From Haliotis rufescens (Eukaryota): 64,000 nucleotides of DNA. Every line of letters starts with the position of its first letter. The first letter of the stretch is position 1. Below are positions 60,264 through 64,000 of this stretch, piece by piece. The stretch spans positions 32,674,001-32,738,000 of the forward strand of contig NW_025963824.1 of the NCBI RefSeq assembly GCF_023055435.1, given 5' to 3'. The position numbers were made by a program, and so were the translations under genes. Below the pieces are notes generated by a model that had not been told where the DNA came from, ran no database searches, and was given only the letters and a program-made list of their open reading frames with translations.

Positions 60264-63200
60264 AGAATCGATTTTTAAATGTGTCTGTTGTAGGATTTCT
60301 ATGTAAAGCGTGTACGGTGTTTTAACGTATTGTACAGGCACTTGCTAAGCTGATTTATAATAATAATAATAATAACAATAATATTGAATTATGTACGTGG
60401 CAAGACAATTAGTAATGTATACATTCTTACTGTTTTCTCCCCTGTCTTATTGTTTGTGATAACTTTGTGAGACCGGTGAAATCTCTGTACTATTTTCTTT
60501 GGACAACAAATGTAGTAAACATTTCTGCATCTGATGGATGTGTATTTGAACAAGCGACGGGTTGTTCTCGGTGTGGTCGCTATAGTCGTACTTCAGGAGA
60601 TGGTTGTTGTAGGTTAACCCCCTGTGGAAAATATCCCATAATTGTCTTGCCACCAGCGTGTTGACCATATAAGGAAGGACTTGTATTCTACAATTAGTGG
60701 CTGTGACGGTACCTCATGTTTGGTGCTGCCACCTGCAGGGCTAGCTGTTGGTGCGCACCCTGTTGGTGGCTTAGAGAGTTTACTTGGTTTGTTGCCATAG
60801 TAACAAGACCTGCTCTCTGCGGAAGGGTACAGTTTCTTCAGAGTGTATGGTGTAATGGTTCCTTCCAATTTGAAGAATTAATGGTGACAAAAAAGTCTGA
60901 AGAGCGATTTGTAACGCGGAAATGTTAACTGGCACATGAAAATGCATGTTCCACTTTTTTAGATTTTTGGCAAACTGGCCACAATAATGAAATTAAGTTT
61001 TGTTTGGCATGAAATAATCGAGCAGAAAAAGACATCTTGCGTCTTCATTGCGCGTCAGTAAAATTGATAGATCATATTGCAAAGAACAAAGATTTACAGC
61101 AGAACCAAAGAACTTAATTTTACTAAAGTCTCATATTAGAAATAATAATAATAATGTGTGATTTTGTTTCTTTTATTTGACAGAATAAGAAAAATTTCAC
61201 AGGTGTCCATTTTTGACAAAGGGATTTAATACCGTCAAAAACGATTTTATTAAAATCTTGAAGTGTATTTTTCTGTCAACAAGCGGCTTGGCTACCCCAC
61301 CCTACTACACTTATATGCTCTGAGGAAACTTTGCATGCATGAAATTCAGCTCTATTATGTTACCTATTGCCATGGTTACGGTTTAGCGAATACATTTTTT
61401 GAAACAGAAAATAGCAACATTGAAAACCTGTCCAAGGATTACTATGAATTCAATTTTAAAATCTCTTTTTAACTGATTTTAGCGTTTTAACGGTTGCCCC
61501 CTTATTCGGGCTTATTTTATATACACATGCATTTGTACGGGATGTTTTGGCATTGAGCGGAACCTGCAGAGTACCTGTTCTTCGTTGGAGCCACTTGGCT
61601 CTGCCTACGGAAATTGTGGACTGATCCAGTTGTTTTCAATGTGGAACACTGTTACTCAGATCATCAAAACATAGTGCTATAGATATTTAACTTATACGAG
61701 TAATAGTTTTAAACTATTATGTTGATATTATATTATGGAACCTTTTTAACTATTGTTCCCAAGGTCCTTTGGACTGATTGATTTTGTGAAGTTATTGTTG
61801 ATATTTGTCTTCAGGACGATATTGTTGAGCTAAGATAAAACTGTCTAGCTAGTGTCTATGTTATTGTAACAAGTATTGACAATTGATATGGTCAGAGTTG
61901 TCTCCCTTATCTGGTTCTACAATGCCAAGGTTACTAATGGATTTTGAATCGGTAGTACAGGTTTTGACTAAATAACTGCATTTTTGTGTGACTATTTTTG
62001 AAACAAAAGAGCATTTACTCTTTGTGCTGACAGACTTACAACAATCAGCTGGACAACACGTTTGGACAAATGTGATACTACCTCTATTAAATACTGGTAT
62101 TTTATTTTGTTTTGACTCGGGAAGCCAGATTCTTGACTTTGACTGGACTCGGTATCTTACCTCTGCTGGCGAAGTATGCTCCCCAACATAAGCTAAGGAC
62201 CACAACTTTGACTAAACAGGACTATTTTAGCCCTTAGCAAATGTTGAGTAGTATGTCTAACCTCTACAACTCTCCAATCCACTTAGCAAAAGAAACCATT
62301 TGAAGATTGATGTTTGCTAGAGAATACCATGTGCCATATTGTTGATGTCTTGCAGAGAGGAGAGCAGGAAAGGTTGCATTGTTGAACAATGTTTGTATGC
62401 CTACTGATGGTATTCCAGCGAATTTTTCCTCAAATTCTTCCATGTTAACTTTTGTCTTGTTGAAAGTCGCCAGCAAAGCATACACTGAAATATTCAAAGG
62501 CCATGTGTGTCATCCTTAAATTATGTCCCTGTGAACAATACTGCTGGATCTGTAACCTGCTTTCTTCTCTGTAGGAGATGCAACACCTTAAGGAGTAGAA
62601 CCACTGGTGTGATACATTAGTTATCGACCTTGTATTGCCTTGTGGACTGCTGCTTAATTTCTAGTGCTATAGTTATGTTTAATTGAAATTTTGCCAAACA
62701 GATTATTTTGGGGCTACTGTGGAGTGAGTGAGGGAAGGGTTTGCTCTGCTCTTGACTGTATCAGTGTTGTGTCTAACCACTACCTCCTCCTGATTGTAAC
62801 TATTTGGTTTAACCACACATACACTGATAAAGTTAAGGGCTTGAGCATTTGCTGCTTAGGGGATGGGATCATGGATAATGGCCTGTTTATTTGTTGGGAG
62901 GTGGGGTGGTTGGGGGGTTGGAGGGCAGGTAGGGAACCTTGTCCTATATTGTTCTGTTGTAGGGTAAGTCATGTAAGGGATTTATACCAAAACGGTAAGG
63001 TGGGTATGCCAGACTATAATAACCTGACCGGGTAGATTTTGTGATCAAAGGGGATGGGTGGGGATATTTCAATACTGAATACAATTTATGTCAACTGGTT
63101 TTTAATCGGTGTGACTTGCCATCAACCACCCAGTCTGTTCATCCTGAAGCAGAACATTTCAAAATAAAATGTTCAAAATTAACATGAAAGCACAACAAAT

Positions 63201-64000
63201 GACTTAGTTTATACTGACAAAAATAAACCTTTTGACAATTATCAGTAATATCTCCAGCTTATGTTTTTGAAACGTTAAATGATATTTATTAAGGCAAATG
63301 TTTATTTATAGATTCCTTAAGACTATAACACTGGTATGAATGTAATATATGCCCCTCATTAACTCCACAGAAAGCTAACTTCCAGCTTCCTTATTGGTTC
63401 CTCCATAAAAGGCTGAAATATGTGTTCTAATTGGTGGGTTATCTCCCTTGGATATTTCAGGACCGTGATCTGAATTTTTCTCAACGTATTTAAGCGTTTA
63501 TTTGAAATCGTTCAGTGATACATTTCCAGCGTTACGTTACCTCAGAAATCAGCAAACTATAAAAACAAGCTGGATCTTCTATCCTTCGTCCTTCATTACA
63601 AGGGGGAGATAACTCAGCTTGTGTTCAAGTTGGGAAGCCATTGTTTCAGTGTAATTTCTGCAAACCTGTACCTCGAGCATGCAGCAGGAGCTGATCTGCT
63701 GCACCTTGGCTGACGGACGGACGGACGGACGGACGCGACTGACTTCAATTGGTAGTCGTACCTAAAGAAGGTGAAAGTTGCCGGTGGGGGCAGGACTGAA
63801 GCGGGTGGGGGCGTGGCTATGACTGTGTGTGATTAGCCTCTCCTCTGCTCACCCCTCCTGTTTTTACCGGCAGACAGAAGTTCCTGTATTAAAGGAATAC
63901 TCACGTACACAGTCACTTGTTTTGTTGTCTTTTTGAGTCTGAAAGTCAATCATTCAGCCTTATAACACATCACTCCCTTGAGAGGCATTTAGAAGTTGGA

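Noticed and set aside
63700-64000. Promoter or first exon of a neighbouring gene (GC boxes, (GACG)n)
   Set aside because: Short motifs only; no supporting ORF within the window.

Overview
Repeat-rich animal genomic DNA. The SINE and satellite content looks molluscan, possibly a gastropod such as abalone, but that is inference. The window carries one large + strand multi-exon gene encoding a DCC/neogenin/protogenin-family receptor with 4 Ig domains, 5 FN3 domains, a transmembrane helix and a cytoplasmic tail ending -DSVV; the best fit is protogenin/IGDCC-like. I assembled 20 coding exons by hand (6209-56850, all GT-AG, phases consistent, about 1248 codons). The signal-peptide exon is not in the window. 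A ~29.5 kb intron containing a 200-N gap separates Ig1 from Ig2. Introns are filled with four SINE-like families sharing a 3' tail, a decayed LINE, several MITEs and about 20 minisatellites. Most notable: (1) an inverted, pseudogenised copy of the FN3-5 exon plus its downstream intron lies ~4 kb downstream in the same gene. The pre-mRNA could therefore fold into a long stem that hides that exon's donor and loops out the transmembrane exon. The predicted skip product is a clean 4Ig-4FN3 secreted form whose stop lies 31 nt before the last junction. (2) Several minisatellites are amplified exon-intron junctions, forming arrays of decoy splice sites. (3) SINE tails repeatedly abut true 3' splice sites.
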